A stretch of 20,240 bases of DNA from Myxococcota bacterium (GTDB lineage Bacteria > Myxococcota > XYA12-FULL-58-9 > JABJBS01). Position 1 is the first letter of the stretch; every line of letters starts with the position of its first letter. The DNA lies in NCBI GenBank assembly GCA_036339465.1, contig JAYZAY010000069.1, positions 1 to 20,240 on the forward strand, in the 5' to 3' direction. A program made the translations under genes and the position numbers. A model generated the notes under the pieces. The model had not been told where the DNA came from, ran no database searches, and worked only from the letters and a program-made list of their open reading frames with translations. This document shows, piece by piece, positions 1-8,404 of this stretch.

Positions 1-28
1 CTGAGCCAGGATCAAACTCTCCAAAAAA
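1..28 (-). rRNA. rrs: 16S rRNA, 5' end (partial; continues off the left edge)
   Basis: Reverse complement of 1-20 is AGAGTTTGATCCTGGCTCAG, the universal 27F site. The mature 5' end is placed about 7-8 nt further upstream by analogy with E. coli, so the end coordinate is approximate. Confidence 0.95.
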
Positions 29-120
29 TTAGTTTGATTGTGAAGACTATGTCTTCAACGTTGTTTTTCCAACGAAAGTCGTGAAACTTTCGTGGCCCAC
101 ACGTACGTTTAATTACTTGC

Positions 121-164
121 TATTCAGTTTTCAAAGAGCCGATTAAGCTGCTCGCCGCAGCGAG
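121..164 (-). promoter_or_regulatory. rRNA leader antitermination elements (boxB-like hairpin plus boxA)
   Basis: Minus strand 140-121 reads GGCTCTTTGAAAACTGAATA, an rrn boxA-like sequence. It is preceded by the hairpin CTCGC-TGCG-GCGAG (164-151). Confidence 0.75.
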
Positions 165-172
165 TGAGAGGG

Positions 173-202
173 GGTATAGAGGAATCTTCTCCCATTCGTC
201 AA
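173..202 (-). promoter_or_regulatory. putative sigma70 rRNA operon promoter
   Basis: Minus strand TTGACG (202-197), 18-nt spacer, TATACC (178-173), then a C-rich discriminator. An AT-rich tract lies upstream of the -35, and boxB/boxA follow directly. Confidence 0.6.
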
Positions 203-399
203 TGTTTTTATTGGGTGGTTGCGTGTTTATTGTCGCTTTCTTTGATCACGCAGGATCTTGATGAATGACTTGCCTTTCCACAACCCGCCGACTCCCGCTC
301 CGGGAAAGCGCCAGGCAAAACGAATCAGGAATGCTTATCTCAATTTAGAAAGGGCTGACACTGGTTAGAAGGTACCTAAAATCAGCGAAGCATGGGCCC

Positions 400-436
400 A
401 ACAAAAAAAGAGCGGCTGGACCACTCTTTTTTTGTT
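400..436 (-). terminator. intrinsic terminator of the histone-like gene (possibly bidirectional)
   Basis: Minus strand AACAAAAAAA-GAGTGG-TCCAG-CCGCTC-TTTTTTTGTT: stem-loop plus U7, about 40 nt after the stop at 475. It separates this gene from the rrn promoter. Confidence 0.85.
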
Positions 437-474
437 TCACTACACATCACCAGCTAAAGGGCTGGGACACTGCC

Positions 475-726
475 TTATTTTTTCTTTGCCACTTTCTTTG
501 TAGCCTTTTTTACCACTTTTTTCTTTGTAGCCTTTTTTACCACTTTTTTCTTTGTAGCCTTTTTTACCACTTTTTTCTTTGTAGCCTTTTTTACCACTTT
601 TTTCTTAGTGGCCTTTTTTACCACTTTTTTCTTAGTGGCCTTTTTTACCACTTTTTTCTTAGTGGCCTTTTTTACCACTTTTTTCTTAGTAGCTTTCTTC
701 TTAGTTGTTTTTTTCGCAGCAGCCAT
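475..726 (-). CDS. histone H1-like (Hc2/HctB-like) Lys-rich repeat protein, 83 aa
   Basis: MAAAKKTTK-(KKATKKKVV)x7-KKATKKVAKKK, with 45 of 83 residues Lys and no acidic residues. GGAGG precedes ATG 726, so 726 is preferred over 738. The gene has its own promoter and terminator. Confidence 0.85.
   Translation of the reverse strand: MAAAKKTTKKKATKKKVVKKATKKKVVKKATKKKVVKKATKKKVVKKATKKKVVKKATKKKVVKKATKKKVVKKATKKVAKKK
512..700. repeat. 27-bp coding tandem repeat, 7 full units plus a degenerate terminal unit
   Basis: Minus-strand unit AAA AAG GC(C/T) AC(T/A) AAG AAA AAA GTG GTA encodes KKATKKKVV. Boundaries are approximate. Confidence 0.9.
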
Positions 727-771
727 TCTAACCTCCATGAAGGAACACGAATATAAGTAACTTATATATGA

Positions 772-800
772 ATTCTAAAATTGCCCCCTTGAGGTGTCAA
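772..800 (-). promoter_or_regulatory. near-consensus sigma70 promoter for the histone-like gene
   Basis: Minus strand TTGACA (800-795), 17-nt spacer, TAGAAT (777-772). Predicted TSS is about 765, roughly 40 nt before ATG 726. Confidence 0.8.
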
Positions 801-821
801 CTATTTCTAAATAAAGAAGTC

Positions 822-2864
822 ATGGAAAATCCAGAACTTAACCAGGAAAGCGCCCCTAAAGCACACTCAATGACCATCGGAAAATTCATCTTGTGTTCGG
901 AATTTGGCCCCTCTGGAGACCAAATAGAGGCGATTAAAGACCTAACCGCAATCTGTGGTCAAAGTGGTTCGGAGCGCGTCTTATTAGGGGTCACAGGGTC
1001 CGGAAAGACCTTCACGGCGGCCAATATCATTACCAATATTCAAGTTCCAACTTTGGTCATCGCACACAATAAAACACTCGCAGCACAACTCTATGAAGAG
1101 CTGAAAAAACTTTTCCCAAAAAATGCTGTCGAATACTTTGTTTCTTACTACGATTACTACCAGCCTGAGGCATATGTGCCCTCAAGCGACACATTCATCG
1201 ACAAAGATGCCACCATCAATGACACCATCGACCGGATGCGGCACGCTGCAACCCAGGCACTTTTCGAACGTGATGACGTCATCATTGTCTCGAGTGTTTC
1301 ATGTATCTATGGTCTCGGATCAGCGGAATCATACCGTGAAATGTTGGTCCTACTAAAACAGGGGGCGACTATTTCCTCTAAGGAAGTCCGAGAGCAACTC
1401 GTGGCTATTCAATTTGAAAGAAACGATTTTGATTTCCACCGCAGCACGTTTCGGGTGCGTGGAGACGTTCTTGAAGTTTTTCCCGCCCACCGTGACGAAG
1501 AAGCCTATCGTATTGAATGGTTTGGAGATGAAATCGAGAAAATCACGGTGATCGATCCCCTAAGGGGGACTTTTATTCGAGAAGTCCAAAAGGTTTCGAT
1601 TTTCCCCACGAGTCATTATGTCGTCACCGCAAAGCACCGAGACAGAGCCATCAATGGTATTCGTCGTGAATTGAAATTCGTCATGGATAACTTTGATAGA
1701 AACAATAAATTAGTCGAAAAACAACGCATCGAACAAAGAACAAAATTCGATCTCGAAATGATGGAGGAGATCGGTTTTTGCACTGGCATTGAAAACTATT
1801 CGAGACACCTGACTGGGCGCCAACCCGGTGAAGCACCGCCAACCCTTTTAGATTATTTTCCTGACAACTACTTAGTTATCATCGATGAAAGCCATCAAAC
1901 GGTTCCTCAAATTAATGGTATGTACCACGGCGATAGGTCGCGAAAAGAGACTTTGGTGGAATTTGGCTTTCGACTTCCATCGGCCCTCGACAATCGCCCC
2001 CTACGCTTCACTGAATTCAAAAAACTTACGAATCGGGTCTTGTACGTAAGTGCTACTCCCGGAGAATACGAACTTGAACAAACCCAAGGCGTAATCACGG
2101 AACAGATAATTCGTCCCACCGGACTTTTGGATCCAGTGATCCATGTCCGCCCATCAACACAACAGGTTGACGATTGTCTGGAAGAAATTCGCGTTCGTGT
2201 GAAACGAGGGGAAAGGATCTTAATTACGACCTTAACCAAGAGAATGGCCGAAGACCTAACCGAATATTACAACGAGCAAGGAGTGAGGGCATGCTACTTA
2301 CATTCAGATATAGACACCCTCGAGCGAATAGAAATCATTAGACAACTAAGACTCGGCGAACATGATGTGCTCGTGGGAATCAATCTCCTTCGTGAAGGTC
2401 TCGATCTCCCTGAGGTATCCCTGGTCGCAATCTTTGACGCGGATAAGGAGGGATTCCTCCGATCTGAACGGTCTTTAATTCAAACCATGGGTAGAGCAGC
2501 TCGGCATGTACAAGGAACAGCCATCCTTTACGCCGATAAAGTAACTGACTCCATGCAACGAGCCATTTCCGAAACCGACCGAAGACGTGAAGTTCAAAAA
2601 AACCACAATCGTACCCATGGTATAACCCCTACTACCGTCAAACGAAGTATCAGCGGTGCACATTCGACCCATGCAAAACCGACCTCAAAGCCCACGAAAG
2701 ACTTTGCCAAAATAAAAACTCCACGACAATTGGAGCAAGAGATTGGTATTCTTCGAGAGCAAATGCGAGAAGCCGCCAAAACACTAGAATTTGAACGTGC
2801 CGCTGAATATCGAGACATGATCCGTGAGCTAGAGAATTGCTTAATCAACCATGACCGCGCTTAG
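822..2864 (+). CDS. uvrB: excinuclease ABC subunit B (UvrB)
   Basis: Walker [18 protein letters not shown], beta-hairpin [45 protein letters not shown] and a C-terminal UVR domain ([15 protein letters not shown]). ATG 768 overlaps the divergent promoter, so 822 or 870 is more likely. Confidence 0.97.
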   Translation: MENPELNQESAPKAHSMTIGKFILCSEFGPSGDQIEAIKDLTAICGQSGSERVLLGVTGSGKTFTAANIITNIQVPTLVIAHNKTLAAQLYEELKKLFPKNAVEYFVSYYDYYQPEAYVPSSDTFIDKDATINDTIDRMRHAATQALFERDDVIIVSSVSCIYGLGSAESYREMLVLLKQGATISSKEVREQLVAIQFERNDFDFHRSTFRVRGDVLEVFPAHRDEEAYRIEWFGDEIEKITVIDPLRGTFIREVQKVSIFPTSHYVVTAKHRDRAINGIRRELKFVMDNFDRNNKLVEKQRIEQRTKFDLEMMEEIGFCTGIENYSRHLTGRQPGEAPPTLLDYFPDNYLVIIDESHQTVPQINGMYHGDRSRKETLVEFGFRLPSALDNRPLRFTEFKKLTNRVLYVSATPGEYELEQTQGVITEQIIRPTGLLDPVIHVRPSTQQVDDCLEEIRVRVKRGERILITTLTKRMAEDLTEYYNEQGVRACYLHSDIDTLERIEIIRQLRLGEHDVLVGINLLREGLDLPEVSLVAIFDADKEGFLRSERSLIQTMGRAARHVQGTAILYADKVTDSMQRAISETDRRREVQKNHNRTHGITPTTVKRSISGAHSTHAKPTSKPTKDFAKIKTPRQLEQEIGILREQMREAAKTLEFERAAEYRDMIRELENCLINHDRA

Positions 2865-4686
2865 TAAAAAGATAGAGGACAAACTAAAGGAACTCCCCAC
2901 CCAACCCGGCATCTATATTTTCATCGATGCTAAGGGCAAAATTCTCTACATTGGTAAAGCCAAGAACCTAAAAAGCAGAGTCACCAGTTATTTCAGAGGC
3001 GGTGATACAAGGTATTTCGTCAAGCTACTTGGAAAGGTTCTTCAAGATATTGAAATCATCGTAACCAATACGGAAAAAGAAGCCCTCCTCCTAGAAAACG
3101 AACTCATCAAGAAAAATAAACCCAAATTCAACATCAAACTCGTAGATGACAAACACTACCTCTGAATTCGTATAGATACGAAACATCCTTACCCACGGCT
3201 AGAAATACGGCGACAATTCGCGAAAGATGGTGCGAAATATTTCGGTCCCTACAGCTCTGCATCTGCAATTCGAAGGACCCTAACCATCGTCAATCGCCAT
3301 TTCCAACTTCGAACATGTTCGGACAACGTTCTCAGCCAACGAACAAAACCTTGCCTCCAATTTCAAATCAAACGATGCCCCGCTCCCTGTGCTGTCGAGA
3401 TGTCTTCGGATGTCTATGGTAAGAATGTCAAAAGAACCCTCCAATTTTTGAACGGTGATCAGAAAGAACTCATTCATGAATTGGAAAGAGCCATGCTACA
3501 ACATTCAGAGACCCTGGAATTTGAAGCCGCCGCAGCCATCAGGGACCAAATTAAAGCCATCGAAAAATCACTCGAAAAACAAAATGTTCTGTCCACAGAT
3601 TTGAAGGATCGAGATTTAATCGGCTTACATCGTCAGGGGCCAACCACACAAATCTACACCTTGATGATTCGCGCCGGTCGAATGCAACAATCGAAATCTT
3701 ATTTTTTCCCCGATCTAGAAATCGATACCGAATCACTCTTGGAAGATTTCGTTCATCAATATTATCTAAGAGCTAAAATGTTACCACAGGAAATCATCCT
3801 CCCTCTGCCTTTGGACCTCTCAACTTTAACCACTGTTATTAAGGAACAAAAAGGTCAACACGTCGCGTTTCATCACCCTCTTCGTGGAAGTAAAGTTAGG
3901 CTTCTGGAAATCGTCAACAAGAACGCCAAACAAGCACTCACCGAAACCCTTACCAGAAAAAGCGATAACAGAGACCATCTCAAACAGACACAAAAACTCC
4001 TGAAACTAAAGAACCTACCTGAACGGGTGGAGTGCATTGATATCTCACACCACCAAGGCGATAACATTGTCGGCAGCTGTGTATGCTTTCTCCACGGAAA
4101 ACCCGCGAAGAAGCTCTACAAGAGATATAAAATCCGCTCTACTTCCACACAGGATGACTATAAATCCATTTACGAAGTTGTTTCTCGGCGTCTCCGGCGC
4201 GGCCTAGAAAACTCCGACCTCCCCACCCTCCTGGTTATCGACGGCGGTAAGGGACAACTCAAATCCGCCGAGGCCGCCCTAATCGATCATGGGGTTGAAG
4301 ACCTCGAGCTCATCGCTTTGGCAAAGTCCCGCCTTAAAAAAGAGAAAGGCCGCCAACACTATTACAGCCCTGAACGCGTTTTTAAGTGCGACATGAAGGA
4401 TCCTATTGCCCTACCCCGACACAGCACCACCACCATGCTGGTAACTCAGATTCGTGATGAAGCACATCGTTTCGCTATCGAATACCAGCGAATGTTGGCC
4501 AGAAACAAAAACCGCCGATCCGTACTCGATGACATCCCGGGAATAGGCCCCAAGCGCAGAAATCTATTGCTCAAAAAGTTTGGTTCCGTGAAAAATCTCA
4601 AAGAAAGAACGAAAAATGAGATTGAGACATTACTAGGCCCAAAACTCACCCAAAGCCTACTCGCTGCTCTCCGAGATCTCCATTAA
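2851..4686 (+). pseudogene. uvrC: excinuclease ABC subunit C (UvrC), full-length frame with one in-frame TGA at 3163-3165 (pseudogene, recoded gene or sequence error)
   Basis: ORFs 2851-3165 and 3400-4686 are in the same frame. 3166-3399 translates without stops to canonical UvrC sequence (HPYPRL...YFGPY...LRTC...PCLQFQIKRCPAPC). GIY-YIG (GIYIF...LYIGKAKNL), UVR, RNase H-like (CIDISH, DDY, IDGGKGQ, RDEAHRFA) and HhH (IPGIGPKRR) motifs are all present. Overlaps uvrB by 14 nt. Identity is certain; functional status is not. Confidence 0.9.
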
Positions 4687-4818
4687 AGCTTCGAGCAATC
4701 ACTGAAGCCAAATCCTCTAAAATTCCGTTCTTTAGAGACCAACACCACCCTACTTTCTACCTTCATAAATTGTGTGAGCAACCCAACCCAAGTGTGTCTT
4801 CTTTTTCACGCCGAAGAT

Positions 4819-4848
4819 TTGCCTTCAAGACATGGAATCCATTAAGAT
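4819..4848 (+). promoter_or_regulatory. possible sigma70 promoter for the beta-barrel gene
   Basis: TTGCCT (4819-4824), 18-nt spacer, TAAGAT (4843-4848). Confidence 0.35.
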
Positions 4849-4934
4849 TCGAAAGGATTTGCAAGCCCACCGACTAAGCGATAAGGGTGGACTGCAATGG
4901 ACTATTGTTCGGGGCCTAGAGACAAGGCGGGGCG

Positions 4935-6212
4935 ATGTTGGTTAATAAGATACGAATAGGATACCTACTGACGAGCATCGTGATGCTGAGCTTGTCTTTT
5001 TCTGCTACGACCTTGGCCCAGAGCGCAGGGGACAACGGATTTCGAATCGGAAAATTGCGATTGCATCCAAGTTTCAATGTGATCAGTGGTTATTCAACCA
5101 ACCCCAACCGACTCCAAGAAGCATCTCGTGGTGACGCCTCCATCAGCGTCTCCCCCGGACTGGACTTGAATTTAAAGTCCCCCAAAATCGATCTCTCGGG
5201 CTCCCTCAATTACGACTATCGCCACTACCTCGGTATCAACGACACCGACACCGTCAAACTCTCGGAACTCAGCCGGCACGCCGCCAACCTCTCCCTCCAC
5301 GCTGCGCTCATGAAAAAGACCCGACTCCCCATCGGTATCTCACTCAGTTATGTCCGCGGGGATGAGCCACAAAACAACACCCAAGGAACGAAACTTGCTT
5401 ACAATCGAATTTCCGGCAACATCGACCTCAAATACAAGCCCGGGGCCGGCGCCTTAATTTGGAGTGTAAACTTGGCCCCCTCCGTCAATCGATTCGACGC
5501 CGATACAGCCGATTCCTTCGAAACCATGACCTTGAACACCACCAGCTCGCTCCTCTGGAAATTCTTTCCCCGCACCGCCATGTTCCTAGATGCCAACTAC
5601 AATGCCACCCGCTATCTCAATGACAGTGACCAGCAAGATGTTGGCGTCGCGCATGGTAATATTGGCCTATCGGGACAACTCACCTCCAAAATGTCCACCC
5701 TCTTCAAGGTTGGGTATGGCGACAATCTGCTTAGCGGCGACGCGCATCAGAGCTCGGTGGTGGGCCGAGTGGAATTCAAATACCGGCTTACCCCCCGCAC
5801 CCGAATTACCCTCGGCGCTGACCGAGGTATTTTACCCGCCACCGTCTACGAATATTACGTGCGTTCCGGAGGCTTTCTCGGAGCGGAGATGAAGTTTGCC
5901 AAGCGCTTTGTGGCGGCTTCAAAAATTGATGTGGGGCTCATCGAATATGGGCCCAACAGCACTCGGCCAGACAAGGTCGACGAAGCAGCAGACTCAACTC
6001 TACGTAGAACCGATTTAGACATCAGTGCTGAAACCGCCCTCAGTGCCAAAATAAGAAATTTTTTGGTTCTCGCCCTCTCCCATAAGCTCTACTACCGAGA
6101 TGCCCAGGGCTATACCACCCAAACAGCAGCCACCGACGGCAATCCCGCCGCGACCATAAATTACGGTTATGTCGTGAATGAAATCTTTTTCCGAATCGCC
6201 GCACGTTATTGA
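4935..6212 (+). CDS. outer-membrane beta-barrel protein (resembles BBP2_2/EpsX-type polysaccharide-export barrels)
   Basis: Sec signal peptide ending near TLA|Q, alternating amphipathic strands rich in Y/G/S/N, N-terminal GFRIGKLRLHPS, and a C-terminal beta-signal (FFRIAARY). The family assignment is from recall, not a search. Confidence 0.7.
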   Translation: MLVNKIRIGYLLTSIVMLSLSFSATTLAQSAGDNGFRIGKLRLHPSFNVISGYSTNPNRLQEASRGDASISVSPGLDLNLKSPKIDLSGSLNYDYRHYLGINDTDTVKLSELSRHAANLSLHAALMKKTRLPIGISLSYVRGDEPQNNTQGTKLAYNRISGNIDLKYKPGAGALIWSVNLAPSVNRFDADTADSFETMTLNTTSSLLWKFFPRTAMFLDANYNATRYLNDSDQQDVGVAHGNIGLSGQLTSKMSTLFKVGYGDNLLSGDAHQSSVVGRVEFKYRLTPRTRITLGADRGILPATVYEYYVRSGGFLGAEMKFAKRFVAASKIDVGLIEYGPNSTRPDKVDEAADSTLRRTDLDISAETALSAKIRNFLVLALSHKLYYRDAQGYTTQTAATDGNPAATINYGYVVNEIFFRIAARY

Positions 6213-6295
6213 GACACGAAAACCCACCCGAATGTCTCTGAAATCCATCTGGTTTTGGCCGTCTAGACAAAACGCTTAAGCCCGATTCGAAACCC

Positions 6296-8404
6296 TCATT
6301 TCAAGTTAAGTTTTCGTTCGTGCTCATCGGGGACGCCGAGGCGGTGATAACTGCCCAACCGCCACTCCGTCAGCCACAATTTCGCGCTCGCGCCAAATTC
6401 ATCAATTCCCCCCGGCAAAGTTGTCCATAGGTCCGGTTCCGCCAGACTCGCCACCATCCGGTAGGCAGGGGCCACCCCTTCGGTGGCGCCGCCTCCACGG
6501 ATCACGCTCCCCTGACAAATCGTCGCCGGCGAACCTGGCACCGACAGATAGTCGGAAAATGGTGACGACAGCCCCGGTGGTAATCCAGCCACCCCAAAAG
6601 GCTCCATGCGCACCCTCTGCACCTCACCCCACGGCGACACGTCATCAAGCTCAAAACCCGTGAAAGACCGCCTTAACCTCTCTCCTAAACTTCCCTGCCA
6701 AATCAAGTCATTGGAAATGAGTTCATCCAAGCCATTGAGCCACCACAGAGGCAATTCCGTTTCCGCCAATGCCCAAAGAAACCAATCCCCTCCGAGCTCT
6801 GGGGCAACTTCCTTCAAGATCCGTTGCCGACAAAGTTCGAAGGCATGGGCCCCACGACTTTCAAGATCATAATTTAAATCCCATGCCGCCAAAATTTTCT
6901 TGAAGGGACCCTCCGGCAAGATAGACAAGAATCTAGGCCTAAGGCGCTCCGCCTGGGGGGAATATAAATCCAGTTGAATCCCTCGCATGGTATCAAAACC
7001 GTGGTCTCGCCGCTGATTCAGCAAAGCTTCAATTCGACGGTAACGGTAGTTGGGTTGTGCCAAGGTGGCCATATTGGAACCATCCGGAGCCAACCGCGCC
7101 TCATTGGCGCTAATCAGTAGGTCATCTTCAGGTGAAAAACGTAAGGTATTCTCTCCCTCCCAAAAACCACTCCAAGAAGTGTCGCCCGCGGGTTTCGGAT
7201 ACAGTCCACTAAAACCATTGTCTCTTCTCGGCACTTTCCCACCTTGATAATAGCGGATCTCGCCGCCCTTATCCGCAAGAACCCAATGAAGACTCATGGA
7301 ATCAATCCCCTGCAGAGCTTTCTCACCTTGGTGTACATCCCCTGCCAGAGGAAGACGCAAATAGGACTCAAGCGCCGAAGCTGCTCCCTTCATGGCCGAC
7401 CACCTAGCGACCAAGAGCGGGTACTCAGGCTCATCCATGGCCATGGAAATTCCGTAGGGTGTATCCAAGACCTTCTTGGTTCGCGCCCCCCGAAATCGCC
7501 GCGGGATTTCGATGGTTCTAATGCCTTCGCCGGGAAGCAACTTCGCCTCCTGCTCCCCCAAAATCGCCAGATCCACATTATCTGCCACCGCATTGGTGCC
7601 AGACCACGCCAGATTCGCATTTCGCCCCACACCGATTCCAGGAAGGCCGGGAATCGTAGCCCCCAACCAAAAATCGTCGGGGAGCTTTACCCGAACTTCA
7701 ATAAAAAGTGATGGAACCTGATTCACCTGCAAATGCGGGTCTCCGCACAAGATCGGAAAAGACTCGATGGACCGTGAAGGACCAATGGCCCATGCATTAC
7801 TCCCCCCCAAACGCCCCGTGGGATTGTAGCCAGAAAGCGACGCGCCACCGCCCAAACCGTGAAGCGCCTGAGGCTCCCAATTCTTTAGATGCGGCTCAAA
7901 CATCAATTCCATCCAGCGCACCGAGGCGCCCTCCCGAACCGCATCCACCACCGCTCTCTCCATTCGTTCCTGACAGAGTGCCTGGCTCAAATAGGATGAA
8001 ACCAATACCGCCGATACCGTGGACGCCAGGCTTGGCCCTTCATTGCGCCCCAATAAGCCGCGGAGCCCAAAGGGCAATCCCTTGCGACGAAAGCCATGTT
8101 GCCACCCATCCACGTACCCCTCAAGCCAATCACGGCCTTCTGAGGACAAATTCGAGACTTCTTCCTCCCCCACCTTCGGAATATTAAATCGCCGCACACT
8201 GGCATCAAGCTCTTCCAATTCCTTCGTGGGCCAAATCCACTGTGACAACCTTCCTGCGGCTGCGGTGTGAAGTAGTAGGGACTGCAACGGTCGATGGTGC
8301 CCATGGATCCAACCGATACCCCAGTACGCTTCTCGAATATTGGAAGCCCACACACCGGGAATACCATGACGGTCATAGGAAATACTTGCCTCTACCATAG
8401 CCAC
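6296..8404 (-). CDS. penicillin acylase family (peptidase S45, Ntn hydrolase) protein
   Basis: N-terminal DRHGIP...A...GIGWIH, autocleavage/nucleophile GG|SNAWAIG, CGDPHL, GATIPGLP, AWSGTN, SAN oxyanion motif and YRYRRI. Start is GTG 8404 or ATG 8398. Confidence 0.88.
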   Translation of the reverse strand: MAMVEASISYDRHGIPGVWASNIREAYWGIGWIHGHHRPLQSLLLHTAAAGRLSQWIWPTKELEELDASVRRFNIPKVGEEEVSNLSSEGRDWLEGYVDGWQHGFRRKGLPFGLRGLLGRNEGPSLASTVSAVLVSSYLSQALCQERMERAVVDAVREGASVRWMELMFEPHLKNWEPQALHGLGGGASLSGYNPTGRLGGSNAWAIGPSRSIESFPILCGDPHLQVNQVPSLFIEVRVKLPDDFWLGATIPGLPGIGVGRNANLAWSGTNAVADNVDLAILGEQEAKLLPGEGIRTIEIPRRFRGARTKKVLDTPYGISMAMDEPEYPLLVARWSAMKGAASALESYLRLPLAGDVHQGEKALQGIDSMSLHWVLADKGGEIRYYQGGKVPRRDNGFSGLYPKPAGDTSWSGFWEGENTLRFSPEDDLLISANEARLAPDGSNMATLAQPNYRYRRIEALLNQRRDHGFDTMRGIQLDLYSPQAERLRPRFLSILPEGPFKKILAAWDLNYDLESRGAHAFELCRQRILKEVAPELGGDWFLWALAETELPLWWLNGLDELISNDLIWQGSLGERLRRSFTGFELDDVSPWGEVQRVRMEPFGVAGLPPGLSSPFSDYLSVPGSPATICQGSVIRGGGATEGVAPAYRMVASLAEPDLWTTLPGGIDEFGASAKLWLTEWRLGSYHRLGVPDEHERKLNLK

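Noticed and set aside
495..700. 27-bp repeats as a CRISPR array
   Set aside because: The units are contiguous with no spacers, are a multiple of 3, vary only at synonymous sites, and no cas genes are nearby.
768..821. uvrB start at 768
   Set aside because: It overlaps the divergent promoter, lacks an RBS, and the extension does not resemble UvrB.
739..870. Known LexA box upstream of uvrB
   Set aside because: By eye there is no match to CTGT-N8-ACAG, GAAC-N4-GTTC or TTAC-N3-GTAA.
3163..3165. Genome-wide UGA reassignment (code 4 or 25)
   Set aside because: Several genes end at TGA at the expected family length (rsfS; the beta-barrel at its beta-signal; the TGATG coupling), TGG encodes Trp, and no other gene has an internal TGA.
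3166..3240. Canonical bacterial SECIS
   Set aside because: The only clear hairpin has its loop about 8 nt from the UGA, closer than canonical spacing, and is AU-rich. It is kept only as a hypothesis in the findings.
3166..3399. Intron, intein or insertion in uvrC
   Set aside because: The segment translates to ordinary UvrC sequence and the total length is normal.
6211..6272. Terminator between the convergent beta-barrel and acylase genes
   Set aside because: Only weak stems (GAGACA...TGTCTC; GTTTTG...CAAAAC) with large loops and no U-tract.
6421..8376. Multiple short antisense or alternative-frame ORFs within the acylase (and likewise in other long genes)
   Set aside because: They are shadow ORFs with no motifs or RBS, fully overlapping well-supported genes.
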